Shown: positions 34,828 through 45,257 of the stretch, one piece after another
How the letters are laid out: each line of letters starts with the position of its first letter
Position numbering within the stretch: the stretch's first letter is position 1
Virus record (IMG/VR): IMGVR_UViG_3300031555_003080
Location: 1 to 49,284 of that record
Direction: 5' to 3' (one strand)
Source: a virus
Length of the DNA: 49,284 nt
Translations under genes and position numbers: made by a program
Notes under the pieces: model-generated
Database searches by the model: none
Seen by the model: the letters and a program-made list of their open reading frames with translations, nothing else
Told to the model about the DNA's origin: nothing

Positions 34828-35041
34828 CCTTTTCTTCCTCCTCAAACTCATACTTTAATACGCCTGGGCGCTCATTGTCCCAGAAGGTAGTATGACCATC
34901 ACAATCGGGATTAGTGCAAGCATATACATACTGAGCAGGATAAGAGGTTAATACCATGCCAGTGTGACGCATTTCTGCGCCACACTTTTCACAGTATGGA
35001 ATTTCAATATATGCGCGTTTAATATATCTACGCTTAAGCAT
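34820..35041 (-). CDS. small zinc-ribbon protein
   Basis: CEKCG...CTNPDCDG (Cx2C...Cx2C). The start is set at the second ATG, which has GGAGG. It overlaps the polymerase stop by 8 nt. Confidence 0.45.
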   Translation of the reverse strand: MLKRRYIKRAYIEIPYCEKCGAEMRHTGMVLTSYPAQYVYACTNPDCDGHTTFWDNERPGVLKYEFEEEEKDV

Positions 35042-38000
35042 CTTCTTCAATTCCTCCTTGATAACGAGCATCTTTTAAAATTAATTCACCATCCGGCAGA
35101 ATTGCATCAATTTTATAAAGCTGATGACCACCAGAAGATGCATATTTCTTAGGAATGAAGTTATCACCAGAACGGAAACCCTGAACGACAATCATGTTGC
35201 CACGATTAAACCAAGATTTCTCAACAACGTGCTTAACTCCGTCTTCTCCTTTTTCAGAAATCTGTTTATCAAATAAAGAGAAGTATTCCTTTCTAAATTT
35301 AACTTCAACAACACCAGTGGTTGTTAAGATTGTTGCTGTAGAACGAGTTTTATTCTTCGCAATACATGTGCCGCAAATCTTATGAAGCTTAAACATTTTA
35401 ACTTCTGTGCTGTTTCGAGTTACAAAAGTCTTTTCAATTTCTGGCTCTTCTGGAAGTGAGAAGAAATCCACGAAACCATATCTATCTGTATTAACATCTT
35501 TTAATTCATGGTCATGATAATAGAAACACAAAACTTCCATTTCCCAAGCGGAGATAGTTCCCTTTGCATATTTATTCCAATCTTCCAAGAAGATTTTGTT
35601 ATTTAATGCTTCAAGAATTCCATCTTTATCACTTGCAATCCAGTTTCTAAAAACATCCATCCAAGGCTGATAAACTTTCTTATCCCACTGCTTCATATCA
35701 AGCTTAAAGTTTTCACTCATCAGCTCATCCTGACCAATTTCAACCAAGAAATTAATTGCTCTTTCATCAAGATTATAGTGAGTAGCAGTTCCTTTACAGA
35801 TAGCTTTCAAATAACGATTAAACTCATAAATTCTACGAGCCATAATCTGTTCATCAGTTGCTTCTGGCAGAAGTCCATGCTTAATTAAACCACCCATATT
35901 CTGTAAAGTCAGACGCTTTTTCTTATCACAAGTTTCCCAGATATACCAAGCCATACACATCTTACGATCCATCATGTCGTCAAATGCACCGCCCTTAATA
36001 AGGGAAATCATGGCCTGCTTGCCAGGCTTAACTCGATTTAAGAAATCACGAGGAGAAATATATGGACGATTTGCAATGATTGCATCAACCACATCATCAC
36101 CTACGTTCAGCATGCCCTTTAAACCAAACAGGATACGATTATTTTCAACGTCAGGTGCAAAACCGAATAAAGACTTGTTAATATTTGCCAAACTAACATT
36201 AATACCCTTACTACGGATATCTCCAATAGCTTTAGCAACCTTACCATAATCGGTACTCATGGTTCTACGAACTTTTGCTTTACCATCTGGCAAATCTTCA
36301 AAAGTCACGCCTTCAGATAAATCTTGAGCTTCTGGGTCATAAATATCTACAACTTCTTCTTCGCTACTATCTTCAAGAGAACCACTATTAACAATCAAGC
36401 ATGCAGTATCCCAATAAATAGGATTAAACTTCATAGCCAAAAAGATTGTTTGAATACCAACAAAAGAATAAGGTAGAGAGTGATTCAAGCTAAATGCATA
36501 ACCTAACTGGGGTGCAATCGCATTCTCCCAGAAATAGTCTGCAACTCGCTTATCATCAAATCTTCCATAAACCTGCTCACGTAGTTCGGGAATCTTTGAC
36601 ATCTGCTTCTTACCAACAATCTTACGAGCATTATTCGCTTCACCTAAAGTGAAGTTTGCCACATTCATAAGAAGCTCCATCATCTGCTCCTGAATTGCAC
36701 AACATCCCCAATACTGGTCACTATATTTGTGCATAATTGCTCGCTGTTCATCATTAAAACCAGCGTCTCTCATTTCCTTATCAAAAACTTCAAGACCCTG
36801 TTGCTGAATACGAACATATCTATCCTGCTGAGACTCCTTGCCTTTTTCAGACATAAGTCTCATCATAGCATTTGCGGCAGTCATCTCCATAGGATTCTGA
36901 CACTTTAACTTCTTTGCAATTGCCAAACCTACGCCGGTTGAGAACTGAAAGATATCCATAACATCACCGGCAGCCAGATGATCCCAGATGCCCTGTTCAG
37001 TTGTATCAATTACTTCTGGATGGATATATTTATTATAAATCTCACGAAGAGTTAAATCAGTTTCAATTTCATTATCTCCCTGTAACAATTCAAAACACTG
37101 AATAATCTTATCAGAAATTTCAGTTACAAGGAAGTCATATTTTGTGTCGCCTGCCGCTTCTGCTTTATGCAGGTCATAACAAGTAATCAATTCTCCATTT
37201 GGAGCTTTCATAAAGCTTGCAGTCTGGAATGGATCGTCACCATAAAGGATTGCGCCAGATGCATGGATACCACGCTTATTCACAAGTCCTTCAATACTGA
37301 TAATAATATCCAACAGACCAGGATACTGATTTACTTCTCTGATAAATGCCGTAACAGGCTTGCGTCCTTTTTCTTCATCGCCATATACAACTTCTTGAAT
37401 AGACCACAAGAAACCACGCTCCTGTGGAATCAAAGAACTCATATACTGGGCGATGTCAACATCGATTCCTTCTGGATAATCATCGCTTCGATAACCGCGA
37501 CAAGCTGTGAGTACAGCTGATTTCGTTCCTTCTGTTCCGAAAGTTGCGACTTGAACCAGTCCCAGCTCTCCTCGCTCTTTACGAATCGCTCTGAAGATTG
37601 CTGGTCGCTTACTCGGTGCAAGGTCAATGTCGATATCGGGCAACTCTGCTCTTTCCTTATTAAGGAAACGCCAGTAAGGTAGCTCCCATCTGATTGGGTC
37701 GAGCTGGGTAATGCCCAAGAGGTAGTTAGACAGAAATCCTGTGGATGATCCTCGACCTGGGCCAACAATCGATCCACACTCCCAGAATAAGTCGATATAG
37801 TGTTTAAAGGTGTTAAAATAAGCGAATAGGCAGTCATTTAATTTTGCTCCAATATCAATAATAACATCTGCTTCAGTTTCAAGTCTATCCCAATAAACAG
37901 GATTTTCTTGAAGCCCCTTATCCCATAAACTCTTTAAACACTCTTGGATCCAGTATCTCTCTTGAGGTTCATTAGAAGTGATAAGAGTCTGAATAAGCTT

Positions 38001-39029
38001 CCATCTATGATCAAAATTGTCCATGATAAGACCAGGAACCAAACTCCAATCCCCAATCTCATAATTAGTTACTTCAACTTTTGGAATCATTTGTTTATTT
38101 TCCAAAGAATAAGAAGTTACTTTATCTTGCATTTCTAATGTGTTATCCAGAATTTCATGGATGAAATCATTATCACCATATGCAAGATTTAAAAGTTCAA
38201 AGACTTCCTCAGAGTCCATAAGACGAGAGAACTCATAGAAGTCATCAACTTCTCGCTCACCATTTTTAGAATTAAGATAAGCCTTATGTACTTGTCTTTC
38301 TGCTTTTGTTAAATAATGAGCGTCAGTACCAACTACAAGTTTTACATCAAAAGCTTCACCAATTCGCTTTGTTCTGCGATTGACGGCAATTTGATCATCT
38401 TTTGTAGATGGTGCAATTTCCAAATAAAAATCTTCACCGAAGATAGATTTACAAAATGTTACAAAATTGTGAATCTTACCCAGGTGAAGTTGAGCAGTGT
38501 CGTAATCTCTTACAGATTCAGCTTCCTCTGCGGCAATAATTTCAGAACCCAATTCTCCGCCGATACAAGCTGTTGTTGCAATTACATGGCCTTTATAACG
38601 ACTCATGATATCCGCAAGCTCAGACTTCAATAACGGCACACGTTCCATCTTACGATCGACATAACTATTACGCCATGCTTGTGTACTCATTTCTCTCAAT
38701 GCTTTATGCCCAATTGCATCTTTTGCAATCAAAATAAAGTGATAATACTTTTGACCTCTATCTCTTGTATCAGTAAGATAAATCTCATTACCAAGAGCAA
38801 TTACAAAGTCAGGATGCTTATCTTTAATCTTTTTTGCATACTGATTAACTTCCATATGAGCAGAAAGACATTCGTGGTCAGTAATTGCTATACCACTTAA
38901 TCCCAACTCAATAGCCTTGTCAATCAAAGCAGTCGGACGATTGATACAGTCCAGCAAACGAATATTTGAATACATTGTATGGTTGTGACAACCAAAATAA
39001 GGTCTGTGAATCCCGGAATTAACTCTCAT
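35034..39029 (-). CDS. dnaE: DNA polymerase III alpha subunit, DnaE-type (N-terminal PHP domain, C-terminal OB fold)
   Basis: 1331 aa. The N-terminus HNHTMYSNIRLLDCI...GLSGIAITDHECLSAHMEV is a PHP domain. There is a long polymerase core and a C-terminal OB-like region. RBS AAAGGAG. Confidence 0.85.
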   Translation of the reverse strand: MRVNSGIHRPYFGCHNHTMYSNIRLLDCINRPTALIDKAIELGLSGIAITDHECLSAHMEVNQYAKKIKDKHPDFVIALGNEIYLTDTRDRGQKYYHFILIAKDAIGHKALREMSTQAWRNSYVDRKMERVPLLKSELADIMSRYKGHVIATTACIGGELGSEIIAAEEAESVRDYDTAQLHLGKIHNFVTFCKSIFGEDFYLEIAPSTKDDQIAVNRRTKRIGEAFDVKLVVGTDAHYLTKAERQVHKAYLNSKNGEREVDDFYEFSRLMDSEEVFELLNLAYGDNDFIHEILDNTLEMQDKVTSYSLENKQMIPKVEVTNYEIGDWSLVPGLIMDNFDHRWKLIQTLITSNEPQERYWIQECLKSLWDKGLQENPVYWDRLETEADVIIDIGAKLNDCLFAYFNTFKHYIDLFWECGSIVGPGRGSSTGFLSNYLLGITQLDPIRWELPYWRFLNKERAELPDIDIDLAPSKRPAIFRAIRKERGELGLVQVATFGTEGTKSAVLTACRGYRSDDYPEGIDVDIAQYMSSLIPQERGFLWSIQEVVYGDEEKGRKPVTAFIREVNQYPGLLDIIISIEGLVNKRGIHASGAILYGDDPFQTASFMKAPNGELITCYDLHKAEAAGDTKYDFLVTEISDKIIQCFELLQGDNEIETDLTLREIYNKYIHPEVIDTTEQGIWDHLAAGDVMDIFQFSTGVGLAIAKKLKCQNPMEMTAANAMMRLMSEKGKESQQDRYVRIQQQGLEVFDKEMRDAGFNDEQRAIMHKYSDQYWGCCAIQEQMMELLMNVANFTLGEANNARKIVGKKQMSKIPELREQVYGRFDDKRVADYFWENAIAPQLGYAFSLNHSLPYSFVGIQTIFLAMKFNPIYWDTACLIVNSGSLEDSSEEEVVDIYDPEAQDLSEGVTFEDLPDGKAKVRRTMSTDYGKVAKAIGDIRSKGINVSLANINKSLFGFAPDVENNRILFGLKGMLNVGDDVVDAIIANRPYISPRDFLNRVKPGKQAMISLIKGGAFDDMMDRKMCMAWYIWETCDKKKRLTLQNMGGLIKHGLLPEATDEQIMARRIYEFNRYLKAICKGTATHYNLDERAINFLVEIGQDELMSENFKLDMKQWDKKVYQPWMDVFRNWIASDKDGILEALNNKIFLEDWNKYAKGTISAWEMEVLCFYYHDHELKDVNTDRYGFVDFFSLPEEPEIEKTFVTRNSTEVKMFKLHKICGTCIAKNKTRSTATILTTTGVVEVKFRKEYFSLFDKQISEKGEDGVKHVVEKSWFNRGNMIVVQGFRSGDNFIPKKYASSGGHQLYKIDAILPDGELILKDARYQGGIEEDA

Positions 39030-39073
39030 TCGGCTACTCCTTTCATCATTTACTTTTTAATCTTTATACTTAT

Positions 39074-39102
39074 ATTATAACATAAATTTTTGGTAATGTC
39101 AA
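39074..39102 (-). promoter_or_regulatory. consensus sigma70 promoter (TTGACA, 17-nt spacer, TG-extended TATAAT) driving dnaE
   Basis: The reverse complement reads TTGACAttaccaaaaatttatgtTATAAT. The -10 is at + coordinates 39074-39079 and the -35 at 39097-39102. Confidence 0.7.
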
Positions 39103-39386
39103 TACCATTCACCGAGGTTGCTCAGCAACTGTCGGTCAAGCTCAATCTGCCCTTTGAGATATGCAACAATGGCATCTCTAACTTTATGAAGTTCTTCCAT
39201 ATCTGTAAAAGTTTGATTTGTAGTGCATGTAAGTTGAGATTCAAGGTTATCAATACGAGTGTTTATATCTGCGAAAATGCAATGAACACTTCCCTTAAGA
39301 TTTTCCGCCTTACTAGCATCTTTAAGGAACATATTATCTCCAAGAACTTCATCAAGACTGGCCATTAAATAACTTACATCAATCAT
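39099..39386 (-). CDS. hypothetical protein (about 95 aa)
   Basis: The internal ATG at 39386 overlaps the helicase stop as ATGA. The 115-aa track ORF start would overlap by 64 nt. Confidence 0.45.
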   Translation of the reverse strand: MIDVSYLMASLDEVLGDNMFLKDASKAENLKGSVHCIFADINTRIDNLESQLTCTTNQTFTDMEELHKVRDAIVAYLKGQIELDRQLLSNLGEWY

Positions 39387-40561
39387 CTGAAATTCCTCAC
39401 AATCACAAGCTTCTCCTTGGCACGTGTCGCCGCAGTATACAACCATCTATCATGATCATTGCCACGTAAGAACTCTTCAAGTACCAGCACTTTATCATAT
39501 TCACTACCCTGTGCTTTATGGCAAGTAATACAATAGCCATAATCAAAAGTTAACGGTCTAAATTGCTTAGGAAAACGCTTAAAGTTTTTCTCTGTTACTG
39601 TTGGCTCTCCAGTAGTCAATAGTTTATAGTCGATATTTAAATCTCTAAAATATAGGTCATGAGGAGAAGTCTGCACATCCAAATCTGTATAATCATCCGG
39701 CAGAAAATCGGCAATCATTTGAGGTTTTAAGAACGGATGATTATGATTGAATCTAATATTTGAAAGAGTACCAATAGTACCATTAACGAGAACATCGCCC
39801 GCTTCGGTAACAGTTTCCCAGTCATTACGAAGACAAATAATCTTATCTCCCTCTACTGGAATATTATCTTCTACTCCAAACAACATCTTTCTCATGCCAG
39901 TATTAACATCTCTACGAGTAAGGTTTTTTGCAACAATAATCTGATCGGCCCATCCATACATGCCGCCGACCATATCTTTCTGATCGATAACTTGCACTTC
40001 ATTACCCTTAAACAAAGATAAGGATTTGCCGTTTCGGATATCCATAGTAAGACGAATGATTTCACTTTCTTGAGCCTGTCTCATAATTTCATCAAGGAAA
40101 ATATGAGGATTGTAAAGAACCTGATTATCTTCTCCGATAGGAGGAAGCTGGAACGGGTCACCGAGGCAAATTACATGAATCTTGTGAGAAAGTAAAAGTT
40201 CCCAAATTTCTTTAGGAAGCATTGAAATTTCATCTACTACAATTAACTTATAAGGCCAATCAAGAGGACGCTTAACTTTGTGATAAAAAGTTCCATCGGC
40301 TCTTGGAAAGGACTGATAGAGAAGTCTATGTGCTGTCATAGCATTAGGGCAACCTTTTTCACGAAGAACTTTTGCCGCCTTGCCTGTATAAGCAATATAA
40401 CAAACATAGTCTTCATCGATATCGAGTGCATTTACAATAAATTTAACAAGAGTGGATTTACCAGTACCAGCATATCCAGCAATACAAGTCCAAGGCTCAT
40501 GATTCTTATATCGCTCGATGGCAATCTTTAATCCTTCCTCTTGCTTTTTTGTTAAAACCAT
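39383..40561 (-). CDS. SF1 DNA helicase, Dda/RecD/Pif1-like
   Basis: Walker A AGYAGTGKST, Walker B LIVVDEISML, GDPFQLPPI, and C-terminal ..GYCITCHKAQGSEYD. Confidence 0.8.
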   Translation of the reverse strand: MVLTKKQEEGLKIAIERYKNHEPWTCIAGYAGTGKSTLVKFIVNALDIDEDYVCYIAYTGKAAKVLREKGCPNAMTAHRLLYQSFPRADGTFYHKVKRPLDWPYKLIVVDEISMLPKEIWELLLSHKIHVICLGDPFQLPPIGEDNQVLYNPHIFLDEIMRQAQESEIIRLTMDIRNGKSLSLFKGNEVQVIDQKDMVGGMYGWADQIIVAKNLTRRDVNTGMRKMLFGVEDNIPVEGDKIICLRNDWETVTEAGDVLVNGTIGTLSNIRFNHNHPFLKPQMIADFLPDDYTDLDVQTSPHDLYFRDLNIDYKLLTTGEPTVTEKNFKRFPKQFRPLTFDYGYCITCHKAQGSEYDKVLVLEEFLRGNDHDRWLYTAATRAKEKLVIVRNFR

Positions 40562-40571
40562 TTAAGCCTCC

Positions 40572-41516
40572 TTACTGAATTTCTGCAAGTAAATTCTCGG
40601 AAAAATTCTTAAAAAATCTAATTCTGTTTCTATTAAAGTTTCTATTTGCAGTTAAACCACTAGAATATCTATTACTAAAAAGTTCAATATATTCTTTCTT
40701 TTGGTCTGTTGTTAAATTAAAGCGTCCCAAATCCCATAACAAATGAGGTAAACCTGTTGCTTTAGAACGATTGGTATTAAAGAAGCTTAAGTCTTCAATC
40801 TCATTAAGAAGATTATCAATATAACTACAGTATTTAGTTAATTCCATCGTAGTAAAATCTTCATAAGGAATCTGACTTGTATCTAAATCCTTACTATCCC
40901 CATATTTAATTAAACACATATGTCTAATTAAAGCTAGCTCTAAAGTTTCTGTGTCTAAAGTCATAGTATGCAATGTAGGATTTTCAAGCAAAAGATTAGT
41001 GAAATGTGTTCTAATATGAATATTTCTACTCATACCCTTCGCAATTTCAGATAAAGGCTGACCGCTGTTAATCTTTCTAAAAAGAATTGCATAGTCTTCG
41101 CTATCAGGTGATAGATTCGTGTATTCGGCAATAGACAATTCAGTATTTTTAATCTTAATCTGATACTCTTCTGGCAATTCAGAGAATTTAATTCTACCTT
41201 TATCTCTAATATCTTCGCTTAAAGATTTGTCAGCTCCATTAGAATAGAAAGGAATTTCATCATTCAGAATCTTAAAGATGGTTGTAAGACGCTGCTTGCC
41301 GTCAATAATATCATAACGATTGCCGCTAATAATAGCATGGATTTCAGGAATACGGAAACCAGTTAGCAGAGTATCCCATAAATTCTGTTGCTTTTCCTCA
41401 TTCCACAAATAACATCTTTGAACATCTAAATCTAAATTGATTCTTTTCTGTTGGTATAAAGTATAAATATATTCAATATTATAGCAGGTAGTTTTATATC
41501 TGTTTTTAGTTTCCAT
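40572..41516 (-). CDS. DUF262 / ParB-like nuclease-domain protein (DGQQR-type motif DGKQR)
   Basis: The N-terminal region has IDGKQRLTTIF. RBS AAAGGAG 5 nt upstream. No HNH/DUF1524 C-terminal half is evident. Confidence 0.6.
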   Translation of the reverse strand: METKNRYKTTCYNIEYIYTLYQQKRINLDLDVQRCYLWNEEKQQNLWDTLLTGFRIPEIHAIISGNRYDIIDGKQRLTTIFKILNDEIPFYSNGADKSLSEDIRDKGRIKFSELPEEYQIKIKNTELSIAEYTNLSPDSEDYAILFRKINSGQPLSEIAKGMSRNIHIRTHFTNLLLENPTLHTMTLDTETLELALIRHMCLIKYGDSKDLDTSQIPYEDFTTMELTKYCSYIDNLLNEIEDLSFFNTNRSKATGLPHLLWDLGRFNLTTDQKKEYIELFSNRYSSGLTANRNFNRNRIRFFKNFSENLLAEIQ

Positions 41517-41527
41517 ATTTTCTCCTT

Positions 41528-41809
41528 TCAGTCATGTTTACCAATAACCTCATCAAGAATTTGAATGAAACGCATTAAATCTCTTGTATGCATATCCTTC
41601 ACTCTCTGACGAGCTTCATTTTCAGAGCAACCATGCTTATATTTAAAATCATTAACCTCGGACTGAAAAGCACGAGATTGGTAGTCTTTAAATCTAAAAA
41701 CTAAACTATCAAAAGCAAAACCTTTAGTATGAGCCGCCATGTCGTCCATCGCATTTATCATAACATCATAAGCATGACTTTTTTCTATCGTCTTTTTTAA
41801 ATCACTCAT
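41528..41809 (-). CDS. hypothetical protein (about 93 aa)
   Basis: The internal ATG (MSDLKK) with a GAGGAA RBS overlaps the stop of the upstream gene (ATGA). The track's 41845 start is TTG. Confidence 0.5.
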   Translation of the reverse strand: MSDLKKTIEKSHAYDVMINAMDDMAAHTKGFAFDSLVFRFKDYQSRAFQSEVNDFKYKHGCSENEARQRVKDMHTRDLMRFIQILDEVIGKHD

Positions 41810-41997
41810 TTTCCATTCCTCATTTCTGAACCACAATGTGGGCAATACTTATATTTACCTTGACCGGGAGAAGGCTTCTTGCATCGACTACAACTAATAT
41901 GATGTATAGTTGTATACTCTGGCTCCTCCCAGATACTATCAAGTCTAATCTGCTCTGGCTCTTCAAGCCATTCGGCAGTTTCTTTTTTATTATCCAT
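41806..41997 (-). CDS. small zinc-ribbon protein (63 aa)
   Basis: CSRCKK...CPHCGS. Directly downstream of a consensus promoter. Confidence 0.5.
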   Translation of the reverse strand: MDNKKETAEWLEEPEQIRLDSIWEEPEYTTIHHISCSRCKKPSPGQGKYKYCPHCGSEMRNGK

Positions 41998-42027
41998 ACA
42001 ATCAATCCTTCTTTCTCTTATATATAT

Positions 42028-42056
42028 ATTATAACATAAAAATATAGAAAAATCAA
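42028..42056 (-). promoter_or_regulatory. sigma70 promoter (TTGATT, 17-nt spacer, TATAAT; conserved ATGTTATAATATATATA core)
   Basis: The reverse complement reads TTGATTtttctatatttttatgtTATAATatatataag. Confidence 0.65.
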
Positions 42057-42153
42057 TTTAGGAAGTTTTTAGTTCAAAAATAGTTAGAGCCTTTTTCGAT
42101 TTGGGATGACGATGCACATGACTGTCACCGGCCGGAGCAAGTTCCATGAAACG

Positions 42154-42186
42154 AAAAAAACGGTCTATATGTTTCCATATAGACCG
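42154..42186 (-). terminator. rho-independent terminator (minus strand)
   Basis: On the minus strand: CGGTCTATAT ggaaac ATATAGACCG followed by TTTTTTT. Confidence 0.75.
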
Positions 42187-42192
42187 TTGAGA

Positions 42193-43035
42193 TTAATTAT
42201 TTACAAAATAATTGTAAGCTTTTTCAGCATTGGTTTGTCTGATTGCGTAGTAATTAGAGTTGCAACGCTCATAACATTTAGCAAATGCCAATGCTGCATC
42301 TCTTTCGTTAGTCAATGCTAAAAATGAATCGTAGTTAAATCCTTTTTTATAAGCATATCCAAAAGTATCTAACTCATATTCGATAGTATCTCTTAAGAAA
42401 TCACACTGTTCGGCAAGTCCTGCTCCCCAGATTTCGCTGTAACCTCTACTCCATTGGCACATACCATAGTAGTTTTTGCCATATAAAGTATATTGGATGT
42501 TGAGTGTTTGTCCACCAACTTCAGCCATTAAATTTCCCATGATACCTGCACATACATAGTCATTCCAACCCAAATCTTTCATGTATAACCAAATCTCTGT
42601 TGCTGCAGGATATTCAGCTTTTTTAGCTTCCCATTTTGCATCAAAAGATTCTGCATAGAGTTTATCATATTGCGCTTGGTATACATCAATTGCAAGCTGA
42701 GAATTTCCCCATTCTGCTTTCGCAGATTCAATAGGGTGAGATGCTTCAGGCCACTCTAATTTACGAGCAGCTTCAGCTAACTCATGAGCAGTTGCTTGAT
42801 CAGCTTTTTCAACTTCAATTAAGATTTGTAATTGAGCCATAGTGTAAGTTTCCAGATTTGGATCTTCGAATTCAGTCATATAATCCACTTTATGATGTGG
42901 AATATCTACAACTTCTTCTACTACTGGCTCTAATTGAGCGGCTACTGCATTTCCTCCATTTGCATTAGAAGTAAATGCACAACACATTAATACTGTTAGA
43001 ATGGCTAATATAAATGCCATAATTCTCTTCTTCAT
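42193..43035 (-). CDS. secreted lysozyme-like protein (phage-tail-lysozyme-like C-terminal domain)
   Basis: Signal peptide MKKRIMAFILAILTVLMCCAFTSNA. The C-terminal domain has GIMGNLMAEVGG and YGMCQWS, resembling G.xGN...ESGG / QW lysozyme-like families. Confidence 0.45.
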   Translation of the reverse strand: MKKRIMAFILAILTVLMCCAFTSNANGGNAVAAQLEPVVEEVVDIPHHKVDYMTEFEDPNLETYTMAQLQILIEVEKADQATAHELAEAARKLEWPEASHPIESAKAEWGNSQLAIDVYQAQYDKLYAESFDAKWEAKKAEYPAATEIWLYMKDLGWNDYVCAGIMGNLMAEVGGQTLNIQYTLYGKNYYGMCQWSRGYSEIWGAGLAEQCDFLRDTIEYELDTFGYAYKKGFNYDSFLALTNERDAALAFAKCYERCNSNYYAIRQTNAEKAYNYFVNN

Positions 43036-43084
43036 TTTTATTTCTCCTTCTTGTTGTTATTAGGCAACAAGTCAGGGCATGTAA

Positions 43085-44830
43085 TTAAAAGTAATAATCG
43101 TTTCTTCCAATAATTTCGTAATCAGTAATCATAAATTGCGGAATTCCCCAATTGCTCCGCGTGCAAGTTCCTACTGCGTTAATAATTACATAACCTAAAT
43201 CTGAATGTAAAAGTTCATATTCTTCTTCAGACGACTTGAACTTGACTAGCGAACTCCCGTCTTCAAGCTGGATGTTTAGAGTGGGTTTGCCTTTTTCCAA
43301 ACCAAACAATCTTAGTTGCTTACCGTATATTCTCAAACCTTCAATGGCGATGAGGGGATCTTCAACCCCTTTACCCCAGATCTTTTCTTCATCGGCAATC
43401 TCAGAAAATGCTCGAGAAGATAAGTCTTTGGCGCCATCCCAAATCAGGTCTACTGAATATATGGGAGCGCAGTCGAAATCCTTGTAGGCTTCATTAACAT
43501 ATTGAACAAGAGCTTCATAATTCTCTTCTGGAAAACTTACACCAAAAGCCATTGCGTGACCTTGTGCATAATCAACAAGTCCAGATTGTTCCAATAGGTC
43601 TCTGAGGCTACCAAGATTTGCTTTATCGTATCCTCTGCCGGACCCTTGCCACTTAACCTTTCCATCCTCTTCGACTTTATTTAGAATTAAGATAGGTCTG
43701 CAGTAAGTGTCCAATAATCCATTTGCAATCAAACCAGTTAGATTTTTATCTGCTGCGTATTTGGGATCTAATCTAATTGCTAAGATTTTATTTTCAAGTA
43801 AATTTTCTTTTTCAATAGTCTTTAAGACAGCATCCATTGCATTGTCTTTAGACTTTGTTTGTCTATTCTTAACATTCTTACAAGTTCTTACAGCTTGTTC
43901 CACACGAGTTTCAAACTGACCTTTACATCCTCGTTTTGTAGATGGAACAGTTTTATAAGCCAAGAACTCAATCATAGACTCAAAAACTACTTGTTTTTCC
44001 GACTGAGTGCCGGAACGAGTAATTGCGTTAATATAAGGGGCAATATACCATGCAATATTGAATGGTGTTAACGCTTTGCCCTGAAAGTGAAAGTTATCCT
44101 CTGCCACCATAGTTTTCAATAGTGGATTTCTGAAACCTTGCATTCCTTTTAGGATAATCTGGCGAATCTCAAAATCCTTTAACGGCATGACATCCGCGAT
44201 AATGCCTGTTGTTGCTAAATCGACATAATCATCGGCATATGATGTGCCAAGTAATTCATCCATATAGCAACAGAACTTATAAACTACGCCTGCACCAGAA
44301 AGTGCTTTTGTGGGATAATCACACATTTGATTGTTAATTACACACGCATATTCTGAATATTTTTCAGCTTCGTGGTGATCAAGAACCAAAACATCAATTC
44401 CTCGATTATGAAGTTCTTCATGCTGTTCATAATCATTAGAACTTGAGTCTGGGGCGATGACGAGTTTAACGTCTTCGGGAATCGTGTCGGTTAGCAATCC
44501 ATGTTGCTTACCATCGTGGATACGATAGGAAATTTTTGTCTGAACAAAATGGGGGAATAAACAGTTCAGATAGTTTATGAGTATTGCGGACGATGTATAA
44601 CCATCGCAGTCACTATCCACCTGAATGAAGATTTTGTCATTTTGTCCGACGTGTTTCATGAGCATTTGGACGCCCTCATGCATATGTTCTAATTTAAGGG
44701 GGTCTACAATGTCATTTTGACTTGGATATTTAAATCTATCCATGTCTTCGAGTTTAATACCTCTGTTATGTAGCACCTGTTCTACGGCACTCATGGCCTC
44801 ATCTCTAGGTGCAATAAGTTGATATCTCAT
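43085..44830 (-). CDS. RecJ-like DHH-family single-strand DNA exonuclease
   Basis: DHH motifs DSDCDGYTS (I), VIAPDSSSND (II) and LVLDHHE (III). RBS GGAAGGAGG. Confidence 0.75.
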   Translation of the reverse strand: MRYQLIAPRDEAMSAVEQVLHNRGIKLEDMDRFKYPSQNDIVDPLKLEHMHEGVQMLMKHVGQNDKIFIQVDSDCDGYTSSAILINYLNCLFPHFVQTKISYRIHDGKQHGLLTDTIPEDVKLVIAPDSSSNDYEQHEELHNRGIDVLVLDHHEAEKYSEYACVINNQMCDYPTKALSGAGVVYKFCCYMDELLGTSYADDYVDLATTGIIADVMPLKDFEIRQIILKGMQGFRNPLLKTMVAEDNFHFQGKALTPFNIAWYIAPYINAITRSGTQSEKQVVFESMIEFLAYKTVPSTKRGCKGQFETRVEQAVRTCKNVKNRQTKSKDNAMDAVLKTIEKENLLENKILAIRLDPKYAADKNLTGLIANGLLDTYCRPILILNKVEEDGKVKWQGSGRGYDKANLGSLRDLLEQSGLVDYAQGHAMAFGVSFPEENYEALVQYVNEAYKDFDCAPIYSVDLIWDGAKDLSSRAFSEIADEEKIWGKGVEDPLIAIEGLRIYGKQLRLFGLEKGKPTLNIQLEDGSSLVKFKSSEEEYELLHSDLGYVIINAVGTCTRSNWGIPQFMITDYEIIGRNDYYF

Positions 44831-44912
44831 ATGAAATCAACCTCCTTCCAGAGTATCAAACTCCCACTTATAATTTGAATTTTCTTTCAAATAAGTTCAC
44901 CTAACTTTACCT

Positions 44913-45257
44913 TTAAAATGGTAGAGGGAGTTCATCGGAAATATGAAGGTTTCCTTCTCCCCAAAAGCGAACCGCTGAGAAAGGAAAGCAAATCATGCCT
45001 GGAGCAATAATTGTCCTATATACATCATAATCAATATTTCTTTCAATATAAGAGATGTTACAACGGTTGCCGCGAGATGAATCATTTGCTCCAGCTACTT
45101 TCCAAATATCTCCATTTTCAAATACAGCATAAGCACCATATTTAGAAAAATGATTTTTTGTAACAGGAATTTTCATTCGTTCATAATTGTCAATTATTGT
45201 TTTTAATTGTTCAAGTCCTTTAGAATAATCATCGTTATACCATATAATGCCTTTCAC
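44913..45257 (-). CDS. hypothetical protein (114 aa)
   Basis: ORF in an operon. Its start overlaps the primase stop. Confidence 0.5.
   Translation of the reverse strand: MKGIIWYNDDYSKGLEQLKTIIDNYERMKIPVTKNHFSKYGAYAVFENGDIWKVAGANDSSRGNRCNISYIERNIDYDVYRTIIAPGMICFPFSAVRFWGEGNLHISDELPLPF

Noticed and set aside
42075-42150. Locally GC-richer stretch (gggatgacgatgcacatgactgtcaccggccggagcaagttcc) examined for a tRNA or small RNA.
   Set aside because: No cloverleaf-compatible pairing or conserved tRNA loops. It was left unannotated.
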